Source of the DNA: an uncultured delta proteobacterium
Lineage (GTDB): Bacteria > Myxococcota_A > Polyangia > Polyangiales > Polyangiaceae
Direction of reading: 5' to 3'
DNA: 64,000 nt
Assembly: GCA_963806225.1 (NCBI GenBank)
Contig: CAWDXG010000004.1
Location: 4,192,001 to 4,256,000 of the forward strand
Each line of letters starts with the position of its first letter. Within the stretch, counting starts at the first letter, position 1. Under the pieces are notes generated by a model that saw only the letters and a list, made by a program, of their open reading frames with translations, was not told the DNA's origin and ran no database searches. Below are positions 55,043 to 64,000 of this stretch, one piece after another. The translations under genes and the position numbers were made by a program.

Positions 55043-56118
55043 CCCGAGCTCTCCCCGGAGAGCTCGCGGATCCGCACCCCGAGCTCGCCTTCCACGTTGA
55101 CCAGTTCGCCACGCGCGAGCTCGCGTCCCGCGACGCGCAGCACGACCGGCTCGCCGATCCGCCGCCCCGTCTCGATCACGTCGCCCGGCGCGAGCTCCGC
55201 CCACTTGCGTGCGCTCAGCGTCACCGCTCCGATCTCCACGCGAACCACGACGGGTGCGTCGAGAGCCGCTTCGCCCAGCGCGTCGACCCCGGTGTCGTCC
55301 GATTCGGCCATTGTCGCGTCTGCTCCCAGTGCGATGGTCTCGCCCCGTAGCACGATCCCGCCTCCGGGCGGGAACGTCACTCCGTAGCCGCTCTCGGCGT
55401 CGGGGCCTGCCAGAGCACCGTAGCCGGTCCCCGTAGCGTCGATCCACCAACCGTCGCCCGGCATCCAGGCGGCGCCGGGCGCAAGCTCTGCGAGCTCGGC
55501 GCGCGACGCAAGCGAGCGGGCGGCCACGAGGCACAGCGACACCTCGAGTCCGGCGAGCCGCTCGGGACGCGGTCGGACGGCTTCCCGCGTGGGTTCGGGC
55601 GGGATCCGGATCCACGTCGAGACGGCGTACGGGCTGTCGTCGACGAGCAGGGTGGCGTCCAGCTCGATGCCCGCCGCCTGGGTCGGGGGTCCCCGCCTTG
55701 TGGCAAGCGGCAGCGTGGTTCCGGCACGGCGGGCGACCTCGAGGGCCAGTGCCGACAGTGCGCCGGACAACGCCGGGTCGAGCGGTGCGTCCGGCGGCGC
55801 CAGCTGCACGGGCCGGCCCAGCGCGCGGGCGAGCACGGCTCCGGCCAGATCGCCATCGAGGTAGAGGTACAGCTCCGCCGAGCCATCGACCGGCTCGAGC
55901 CCGATCCGCACGCCGGTTCGCGACGGCGGCTGGGCGCGCGTGCGGATCCGGCGCACCACCAGCGCGGTCCGGGCGGAGAGCACCCCGGCCAGCGCCTCGC
56001 CGAGCCGCCCCGGATCGATCGCGCGCGCAAGCCGCCGGCGGGCGGCGGCGCCGGTGCGGACCGAGGCGCGGCTCTCAACGTCGAGCGTTTCCCAGGGATA
56101 GGGCGAGACCTGGCGCAT
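55039..56118 (-). CDS. SctQ/FliM-FliN-like C-ring protein (SpoA domains)
   Basis: C-terminal PVVVRVEIGAVTL..LAPGDVI..VVLRVAGRELARGELVNVEGELGVRI. Confidence 0.8.
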   Translation of the reverse strand: MRQVSPYPWETLDVESRASVRTGAAARRRLARAIDPGRLGEALAGVLSARTALVVRRIRTRAQPPSRTGVRIGLEPVDGSAELYLYLDGDLAGAVLARALGRPVQLAPPDAPLDPALSGALSALALEVARRAGTTLPLATRRGPPTQAAGIELDATLLVDDSPYAVSTWIRIPPEPTREAVRPRPERLAGLEVSLCLVAARSLASRAELAELAPGAAWMPGDGWWIDATGTGYGALAGPDAESGYGVTFPPGGGIVLRGETIALGADATMAESDDTGVDALGEAALDAPVVVRVEIGAVTLSARKWAELAPGDVIETGRRIGEPVVLRVAGRELARGELVNVEGELGVRIRELSGESSG

Positions 56119-56430
56119 GGGCCGGCAATCCTAGCCGGCCTTGCCGGCAGGTCCCAGCCGCACGGGGCATCGAAACGGGCCAGGCCGGGCTGTCGCGGGC
56201 GGCCGCGCTTGCCGGGATATACCTAGTACTTTCCGCAGGATCAGCGGCGGCGGCCGATCCCGGAACGGGCACTTGTCCACAGGTAATCCCCACGTGTGGA
56301 TAGCTGCGTGATCTCCATGGGTTCCGCGCCAGGCTCCGAGCGATTCTGCAGGGAGTGCGCGGGCCCACGCGCCGCTGTTGGCGGCGGGCCGGTCTACCGT
56401 GGTAGCGTTTTCGCCGGAGGTTTCCGGTTC

Positions 56431-57072
56431 ATGCGCACACGCTGGCTAGCCATCCCTGTTGGTTTCTGCCTGTTGGCCCTTCCGTCCGTCGCTTCTGCCC
56501 AGGGCAACGCTGCGGGCACGAGCGCCGCCAAGGGCAACAGCGCGAACGGCAGCGCGGGCAAGGTGCGACGCGATCCGAACGGGATCAAGGGCATCAGCCC
56601 GTTCTGGGAGGCGCTCAAGAAGGGCGACGATTCGTACGTCGCGCGCGACTTCGACGGCGCCATCGCGGCGTATCGCGAGGCGATCACGAAGGAGCCGCAG
56701 AACGCGATGGGCCACTACCGCATGGGCGAAGCGCAGCTTGCGAAGGGCAACACGCAGGAAGCCGAAGCCTCGTGGGTCTCGGCGCTGCGCTTTGCCGGAA
56801 ACGACGCCGCGCTGAAAGCCAAGATCCTGTTCGTGCTCGCCGACCTCAGGGAGCGGCAGGGGTCGTACGACGACGCGACGGACATCTGGAACAAGTACGA
56901 GGCGCTGGCCAAGGAAAACCCCAAGGTGAAGACCTATCCCGAGTCCGCCGAGGACCGGAAGAAGGTGATCGCCACCTGGCAGAAGATGCTCACCGACTAC
57001 GGGGCGGTGAAGAAGCGCATCGCAGAGCGGCTCAAGGAAGCCGACGCCAAGGCGAAGAAGAACGCCAAGTAG
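56431..57072 (+). CDS. Secreted TPR protein
   Basis: SD GGAGG, signal peptide ASA-Q, DFDGAIAAYREAI..P.NAMGHYRMGEA. Confidence 0.85.
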   Translation: MRTRWLAIPVGFCLLALPSVASAQGNAAGTSAAKGNSANGSAGKVRRDPNGIKGISPFWEALKKGDDSYVARDFDGAIAAYREAITKEPQNAMGHYRMGEAQLAKGNTQEAEASWVSALRFAGNDAALKAKILFVLADLRERQGSYDDATDIWNKYEALAKENPKVKTYPESAEDRKKVIATWQKMLTDYGAVKKRIAERLKEADAKAKKNAK

Positions 57073-57081
57073 CCGGCGCGC

Positions 57082-60000
57082 CTAGCGCGCGCGGATCCGG
57101 ATGTTGCTCGACACGGCGTCGTCGGCCTGGCGCGCGAACTGCACGAAGGCCGGGTAGTCCGCCGGCTGGATGCGTCCCGCGGGGATGTCGATCACGCGAT
57201 CGAGCACCAGAGCGCCGTTCTGGAACGAGTCCTTGACGACCACCGAGCGGTCGGCGTTCCTGAGCGTGCCCGGCGCGAGCGTGCTCTCGATGCGCGCGCC
57301 CTTCGGCAGCTGGATCGTGAGTCGTACTTCCTGATGCGTGGCCTCGCCGATCAAGAGCGGCGTCTGGCGCGCGGGCAGGGTCGTAAGCTGGCTGATGCGC
57401 GGCGCAAACGGAGGCGAGACGACCAGGCTGTTGCCGCTCTGCTGCGCGAACCCGCTCATCGTGGCCTGGGTCTGGATCACCAGCGGCGCGTCGAGATCGT
57501 CGCGGTGCTCGATGGAGTAGTGGTCGAGGCGTGCACCGCGCAGCGCGCGGCCGAGCAGTCGCGACTCGATCACGTCGTGCAGACGTCCCTCCGGCAGCTG
57601 TGAAAGGACGCTCCTGAGCGCCATGGCGTACTTGCCGTAGAAGCTCTGCGAGAGCTGGATCTTTGCCGAGCCGTCGGCGGCGAGCTGGACGGTGCCCTGG
57701 TAGACGACGCTATCCTGCGTCCCGCTGGCGGGCGTGGTGAGCTCCTTCGGGTGGTCGCTGCCGAGCAGGTACGCCGTCGTGCCGCGCAGCTCCGCCGGGA
57801 CATAGCCGAAGGGCGCGTACTTGCTGCTGACGGTGAGCCATACCGGGCCCTTGTCGCCTTCCAGACGCAGGACCGGATCGGTAAACTGTCCAGCCTTCGA
57901 GATGGGACCCACGGGCGGAGAAACGAGGCGATTTTTCGCGATGGCGTAGCGGACCGGGATGCCGAGCGAGCGGCACAGCGTCATGAAGCCCCGCCAGCGA
58001 TTGCCATGCTTGCCGATGACGACGCGGCGTCCGTCGGATTCGGCGCCGGTTTCCACGTTGGCGAGCACCCAGCGATACAACCTCAGCGCCTGCTCGGTGC
58101 GCGCGGTGGCCGGCACTCCCTTGGTGATGCTGTGCGCGATGCGCGTGATGCGGGGATCGACCGGCGTCACCACGGCGACCGAGTCGCCGAGGCTTCTCAG
58201 GCGCTGTTCCAGGTCGATGCCCCAGCCGACCTGCACACTGGGCAAAAACTCGGTGATCGGCGCGCTGTTCGGTTCCACCGGAGCCGCCGGGCTGAAGTCC
58301 ACCCGCCAGCGGCGCGTTACCAGCCCGGGCTGGCGGGTGACTGCGGGCGCGGGCACGTTGCCGTGCGTCTCGACGATGAGCTTCTTGTCCTCAGGCGTGA
58401 TCACCACGAACTCGCTGCGCGCGTAGGCGATATTCTGCTCGCGGAAGAACCAGTGCGGACCGAGGTAGTGCTGGCCGTGCTGGCCGTCACCCTGCGTGCT
58501 GGTGATGTGCTCGGTCTCGATGTAGTCGCCCACTTCCAGATGCGGGAACGTCACCGTCGGTTTTCCCGCGACGAGCTCGGGCTGCAGGATGCGGCCGTCC
58601 TTCTTGATGACGCGCATGTGCAGGATGAGGCCTGCGGGTCGCCGCTCTTCGCTCAGCTTGCTGACGGCCTCCGCGCTCTGGATGCGGATGATCTCGTGCT
58701 CGAGCAGACGGCTGGAGCCGTCCGAATGGACCCACACGGCGGAGTAGTCGAGGATGCGGGCGGCGGTACCGGGCATGTGCCGCCCGCTCTTCTCGTAGGC
58801 GTGGATGATCGGCATGGCGTCGAGCCGGTACGGAGCCAGCTCGCTCATGCCCTCCACCAGGTCGAGGGCGTCCTTGAGCTGCGCGCTGTTCGCGCCCTTC
58901 ACCACCGCCTCCACCAGGGCCTTCTGGAGGGCGCCGTGCTTGCCCGCCGCATACTCGGCATCGGCCAGCGCCAGGCGCGCGCTGCCGCTCTTCGGCTTCT
59001 GCTTGATGGCCTCTTCGAGCTTCTTCCACGTCTCGCTGGCGTTGCCCGCGCGCACCATCACGTCGTAGACGCGCTCGGCGATGTCCTTGCGCTCGGGGCG
59101 CCGCTTGCCGATGCGCTTGAGCTCGGCGAGGGCCGTCGTGTAGTCCTCGCGGGCCAGCGCGCGGGTGAGCACGATCTCGTTGTCCGGATCGAGCTTGTGG
59201 ATGCGTCGCACGAGCTCGTCGGCCTTCTTCGTCTCGCCGATGGAGTCGTAGACCTCCACGCCGACGCCCAGCACGTCCACGTCGCGCGGAAAGCGCTTCA
59301 CCATGCGCTTGACCGCGCTGACGTACTCGGTCTCCCATCCGAGCTGGGCGTACAGCCTGGACAGCGCGCTCAGCACCGCGGGCACTTCGGGGAAGGAATC
59401 GACCAGTGCCTTGACCCGGGCTACTCCCGACGCCGCTCCGGCGCGCTGGACTTCCCACAGCGCCAGGGCCAGCTCGGGCCTCCAGAGCCCGGGATCCTTG
59501 GCGACCGCGCGCTCATGCAGCGCGCGCACCAGGTCCTTGGCCTGCGTCGAATCGAAAATCGGATCGTCGTCGATGAAGCTGGCTGCGAGGCTCAGCGACG
59601 CGCCCGTGGCGCTCGGCGGATCCTCGACCAAGGGCTCGATCCAGACCGAGGCCACATCGCCTTGCCCTTCCACATCCGTCAGGTAGGCGCCGATGTAGCG
59701 GAGCAGGTCGTCGTCCGGGTCGACGACGTTATCGTCCTTGATGTAGCGGTCGACAATGTTCGGATCGCGCGTCACGCGCGGCGGCACGATCGAGTAGGGC
59801 GCCGACGCGTCCGTGCTGCCCTCGGCGCGGTAGGGTCGCCCGTCCGGATACAGCACGCGAATGGAGGTTTCGGGATCGGCGAGCCTCACCAGGATGCGGT
59901 GCCGGCCCTTGTCGAGCCAGAGCTGGGTGCCGAAGTGCGGCCAGTTGCCCCAGACGCGCGGATCGCGATCGGCCACCAGCTTGTCGTCCACCCACATCGC

Positions 60001-60865
60001 CAGCATGCCCTGCGCGGCCAGCATGAGCTCCTGGGCCGACGCCAGGTCGACGTAGGTTTCCGCGTAGAATATGCCGCCCGTCACCGGCTCGTCGGCGCCT
60101 ACGTAGCAGCCGTGGCGCTTTGTCGTGAGCACGTGCGGCGCGTGCCCGATGCCCGGCTCCGGGTCCCACTGGGCCGGCCACGGGCCGGGCTCTTCGGCCG
60201 GGAAATGACGGTACGCATCCGCCGTGGCGCCGCGACCGAAAGGACCTGCGAGCCGGAGGTTCTTCACGCAGCCGAACTGCTCCGCGGACAGGTCCTCGAC
60301 GTTCCTCTTCGCTGCTTCGTAGGCCTCGTTCGCCCACCAGTCGACGAGCTCGCCCCGGGCGCGCCAGCCCATACCGAGCGGCGCCTTCATCGCGTCCGCC
60401 ACGAACGGCTTCCAGCGCTTGTACAGGTCCGGGGCGTTGTCGCGCAGCACCATCGCCTTGTGTGCGGCGAACCACGCGATGAACGGCGCGCGCGGAATCC
60501 TTCGAGACCCGGGCCGCCTTGGTCGCGCCGAGGAAGTGGTCGGGCGCGCTCCTGAGCCGGCCGTGGGTCGAGTCGTCGAGGCCGCGCGCCAGCTCCGCCA
60601 GCATCCCCTTGCCGCCCAGCTGGTCGAGCCGCTTGCGCGCGCGCACCGCCTGCTTGGCATCACCCCCCGGGGAGATCAGCTCGCCCAGCAGCCAGCGGGC
60701 CACTACGTCTGGATCGCGGCTCGACTGCCCCTTGTCCCTGAGCGAGGACAGCGCCGGCTGCGCGCTTCCTGCTCCGCGCGTGCCGCCGCAGGAAGCCAAC
60801 GTCAGCGCCAGAAGGGCCAGCGTGATCACGGCGAGCAGACGCCAGCACGTTGCCCGGCTCTTCAC
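57082..60865 (-). CDS. Large TPR + DUF3857/transglutaminase-like lipoprotein, predicted inactive (frameshift at ~60496)
   Basis: GTG 60865 with lipobox LASC; an extra base in GATTCCG joins it to the 57082 frame; FPHLEVGDYIE; KHGNR in place of GDC. Confidence 0.8.
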
Positions 60866-63800
60866 GGCTTCACCACCAGACGCGGTGTGAGCGCGCGGTC
60901 CACCTCCGCGCAGAACTTCTTCCACGCGGCGTATTCAGCCGGGGTGACCCGGTTCACCTTGATGGCAACGCGGCTCTTGACGGTGACCTGGCCGTTCTTC
61001 TGCTCGACCTTCACCGAGTACGAACCGAAGCGCGTATCGCCGGAAGCCGCCGGCGGCGCGGAGACGACCTTCGCGCCGGGCGGCAGCTTGACCACGAACG
61101 TGTCGTCGCGCGTGGGGAAAGCGAGGATGCGCACGTCCAGCTTGCGCCTGGACAGCGACGCGTAGGTCGGGGTCAGGCGGAACTTGGTCGTCACCGCCAT
61201 GCTGAGCTGATCGCCTTCCTTGCGGGCAAATCCCTGCGCCTTGCCCCGCACCCCGAGCTTCACGGGCTTTTCGAGATCCTGCAGATCACTGGTGACGATA
61301 CCCTGCTTGCCCGCCTGGATCGTGAACCCGGGGAACTCGCGGCCGAGGTCGTTGTTGATGCGCTCGCGGCGGGTTGCGTCCGCGTGGTAGCGCCGGCGCC
61401 ATTCCGCGGCGCTCGTTCCGCGTGTCACGTAGGACAGGTCGAGCCGGGCGTCGCCGTTCTGCGAGAGCACCGCCGTCGCGTCCCGTTCGATCACGTTCTT
61501 CGCCGGATCCGCCTTCGGCAGGTGGACCAGCTGGGCGTTCCCCTGGTTGACCTGCAGAGCGAGTGCGCCGCGATCCATCTTCGGCAGCTCGGTCGAGCCG
61601 GTGTACTCGGCCGTTCCGTCCAGATACAGATCGAGCGACGGGACATAGACGATCGCGTGATCGAAGGGCGCGAAGCTCGCGACCTTGGAGTGGAAGTCGC
61701 CGCGGAGCTGGGTGCGCACGATCACGATCGTGCTCTTGATGCCGACCGCCTCGAGCAACGTCGACAGCGCCGTCGCCTTGTCCTTGCAGTCGCCCCAGCC
61801 GCGCGCGACCGTCTGGACGCAGCGGTGCGGTTTGAAGCCGTAGATGCCGAACTCCAGCGCCACGTAGCGCGTGTTGGTAACGATCCAGTCGTAGAGCGCT
61901 TCGACCTTGTCGGCGTCGGTCGTCTTGCCCTTGATGATGTCGTTGGCCAGCTTGCGCGTCGCGTCGTCGAGGTCGAACTGATCCTTGATCAGGCCCCAGT
62001 ACCACTTTCCGAGCTGTTTCCAGGTCTTGTAGGTGGAAACGTGGACGAAGCCGAGCACCTCCGGCCAGGGCGGCATGGCCGGCTCGGGCTCGACCGCCGG
62101 CACGTTGGTCGCGGAAAAGTCGTAGATGCGCTGACTGTCCTTGAGCTGGACCGTCTTCTTCAGGCCGTGCAGGTTCTCGTCGATGTAGAACGAGCGTTTC
62201 TTCGGCGTGATGAGCACGTACTCGGAGCTTCCGATGGGCTCGCTCGATTGCATGTAGTGCACGTCGCCGAAGTAGTCCGCGAACTCGTTCTGCGGCGTCA
62301 CGTCGTCGATGCGGTAGCGCAGCTCCACCACGTCACCCGGCTCCAGGCGTGGCAGCTGTACGTAGAAGTTGCGCGCGGAGGTGTACATCGAGATGGACGG
62401 ATCGTTCGCAGCGGCCTCGCCCGACTCGATGGCCTCGTCGACGCGGCCGTCCTTGCGGAACACCTTCGCTCCGCGAAGCTGCACGACCTGCGTATCCGCC
62501 TGGTACTGGAAGCTGTACTGCCGCCCCATGGCCGCCGCCGCGTCGGTCAGCGGCTGGAAGACGACCTGACGGAACTTGCTGGAGAGCCCGTTCTCGTAGA
62601 CGGTGGTGACCGTCAGATCGCGCAGCGTGCGGCGGTTTTCCCCCGCCGCCGGAGCATTGCGCAGCTTGAGGAAGCGCTTCGGCTTCCAGGCGTAGGCCTC
62701 GTCCTGCCGCGCCTTGGGCGGATTGATGTGCTCGACGTACTCCCGCACGTCGCGATCCTGCGGGCGGATCTCCAGAATGCGTCGGAGCAGCGCCAGCTGC
62801 TGTTCGCGCCTGCCGAGCTCTCCTTGCAGGTCGGCGAGCGTGCGCAGCGTGCCCACATCCTCGGGCGCCAGCGCGAGCGCGCGCTGGTACGTCGCCACGG
62901 CGCGCTCGCCCTCGCCGAACCGGCGGTAGGTCCGTGCCGCGACCCCGAGCGCCCACAGGCTGTCCGGCGCCACGTCGAGCAGCCGCGCCGTCCAGCGTTC
63001 GGCCGCCGGGCGGTTCCGCCGTGCCACGCCGAGCTCGATCATCTGGTCGATGAAGCTGCGGTCGTCGAAGCGCAGTGAAGCGTAGCGGTCCTCGACCTCG
63101 GCGGCGTGCGTGTCGCGCCCCAGTGCACGGAGCTGCGACGCGTACATGTTGAGCAGGTTCACCGAGTGCGGGCGGCGCTCCAGCGCGCGCGAGAGCGTGG
63201 CCAGCGCCGTGCGCTTCAGGCCGGCCTCGTTGTACAGCTCCACGCGCCCGTGGATGGCCGTCGTGTTGTCCGGCTCGAGCGCCAGCACCTTGTCGTAGAA
63301 GGGAAAGGCGCTCTGCCAGTTGGGGCTTTCGCGCGCCAGCCTCGCCTGTGCCAGCAGCACCTCCACCCGCTCCGGAGCCGCCACCTTCTGCTTGTCGGCG
63401 AGCTTGACCGCCTTCTTGACCCACTCCGCGCGCTGGTTGTGATCCTCGGCGAGCTGACCGGCGAGCAGCAGGCGGCGCACCGTCGGTGCCTTCTCCGCCG
63501 CACGTCGTGCCAGGTCCCGGGCCTCGTGCACGGTGGGGTCGTCCCCGCTGGTGGCCACCAGGTAGCGGGAGAAGTCTTCCAGATCACCGGCGGCCGGGTG
63601 CTTCTTCGAGGTCCGCTGCTGGAATGCCTGCAGCGGACCCTGCACGCCGTGCGCGATCGCCTTCGGCTTGTGCTTGCCGGCGTGGAGCTTCTTGACCAGC
63701 CTTGCCGCCGCGACGCTGTCCGTGATCCGGTTCGAGAGCTCGAGCTTCGCGTCGGGTGCTCCGCGCGCGTCTCCCAGGCGGAGCGAGGCGATCGGGGCCG

Positions 63801-64000
63801 TCTTGTCGCCGCATAGCTTGAGGGTGAGGTTGTTCAGCCCCGGCTCGAGCTGGACCGTTGCCGCCATGCGATCGGCGTCGTGGCCCCGGTAGGCCTTGTC
63901 CTCGAGCACCTGCTCGCCGTTCCAGAACAGCTTGAACGCGCCCGAAGTGCCCACCCAGGCGCTGATGCGCCGCGGTGCGCGCGACCCCTTCGACGCCCGC
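60862..64000 (-). CDS. TPR + DUF3857 + transglutaminase-like protein (5' end outside window)
   Basis: LPRLEPGDVVELRY, RYVALEFG, GDCKDKA, FDHAIVYV, LDGT (Cys-His-Asp triad). Confidence 0.9.
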   Translation of the reverse strand, partial: RASKGSRAPRRISAWVGTSGAFKLFWNGEQVLEDKAYRGHDADRMAATVQLEPGLNNLTLKLCGDKTAPIASLRLGDARGAPDAKLELSNRITDSVAAARLVKKLHAGKHKPKAIAHGVQGPLQAFQQRTSKKHPAAGDLEDFSRYLVATSGDDPTVHEARDLARRAAEKAPTVRRLLLAGQLAEDHNQRAEWVKKAVKLADKQKVAAPERVEVLLAQARLARESPNWQSAFPFYDKVLALEPDNTTAIHGRVELYNEAGLKRTALATLSRALERRPHSVNLLNMYASQLRALGRDTHAAEVEDRYASLRFDDRSFIDQMIELGVARRNRPAAERWTARLLDVAPDSLWALGVAARTYRRFGEGERAVATYQRALALAPEDVGTLRTLADLQGELGRREQQLALLRRILEIRPQDRDVREYVEHINPPKARQDEAYAWKPKRFLKLRNAPAAGENRRTLRDLTVTTVYENGLSSKFRQVVFQPLTDAAAAMGRQYSFQYQADTQVVQLRGAKVFRKDGRVDEAIESGEAAANDPSISMYTSARNFYVQLPRLEPGDVVELRYRIDDVTPQNEFADYFGDVHYMQSSEPIGSSEYVLITPKKRSFYIDENLHGLKKTVQLKDSQRIYDFSATNVPAVEPEPAMPPWPEVLGFVHVSTYKTWKQLGKWYWGLIKDQFDLDDATRKLANDIIKGKTTDADKVEALYDWIVTNTRYVALEFGIYGFKPHRCVQTVARGWGDCKDKATALSTLLEAVGIKSTIVIVRTQLRGDFHSKVASFAPFDHAIVYVPSLDLYLDGTAEYTGSTELPKMDRGALALQVNQGNAQLVHLPKADPAKNVIERDATAVLSQNGDARLDLSYVTRGTSAAEWRRRYHADATRRERINNDLGREFPGFTIQAGKQGIVTSDLQDLEKPVKLGVRGKAQGFARKEGDQLSMAVTTKFRLTPTYASLSRRKLDVRILAFPTRDDTFVVKLPPGAKVVSAPPAASGDTRFGSYSVKVEQKNGQVTVKSRVAIKVNRVTPAEYAAWKKFCAEVDRALTPRLVVKP

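Overview
High-GC chromosomal window from a myxobacterium. It looks Polyangiales/Sorangiineae-like, judging from a MYXO-CTERM protein, an FHA-sigma54 activator, a PEGA Ser/Thr kinase and many Gly/Thr-tethered Cys-rich lipoproteins. Core genes (gyrB 3' end, clpB, thpR-cinA, ligA, tlyA-btuF, comEC-hpt, suhB-like, rarA-yggS, two DUF3857/transglutaminase genes) alternate with accessory lipoprotein blocks at about 11-34 kb. No rRNA, tRNA, CRISPR array, integrase or transposase was recognised. The most notable signal is two related HNH endonuclease genes with DUF222-like N-termini (5006-7075 intact; 33860-34794 internally deleted). Both have an identically spaced leaderless sigma70 promoter overlapped by a LexA-like box, and both sit tail-to-tail against the stop codon of a core gene (clpB, ligA). 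The intact copy is preceded by a ~0.8 kb modular array with 21 copies of GACTCGACAC and then an SMI1/KNR4 gene. Other signals: a LysR/methyltransferase/nitrilase cassette bracketed by a decayed duplication of its target site; three sigma54 promoters, each exactly 13 nt from a lipoprotein start codon; and widespread leaderless -10 boxes. Frameshifts in ligA and two other genes are probably sequencing errors. All annotations come from reading motifs by eye; no database search was run.
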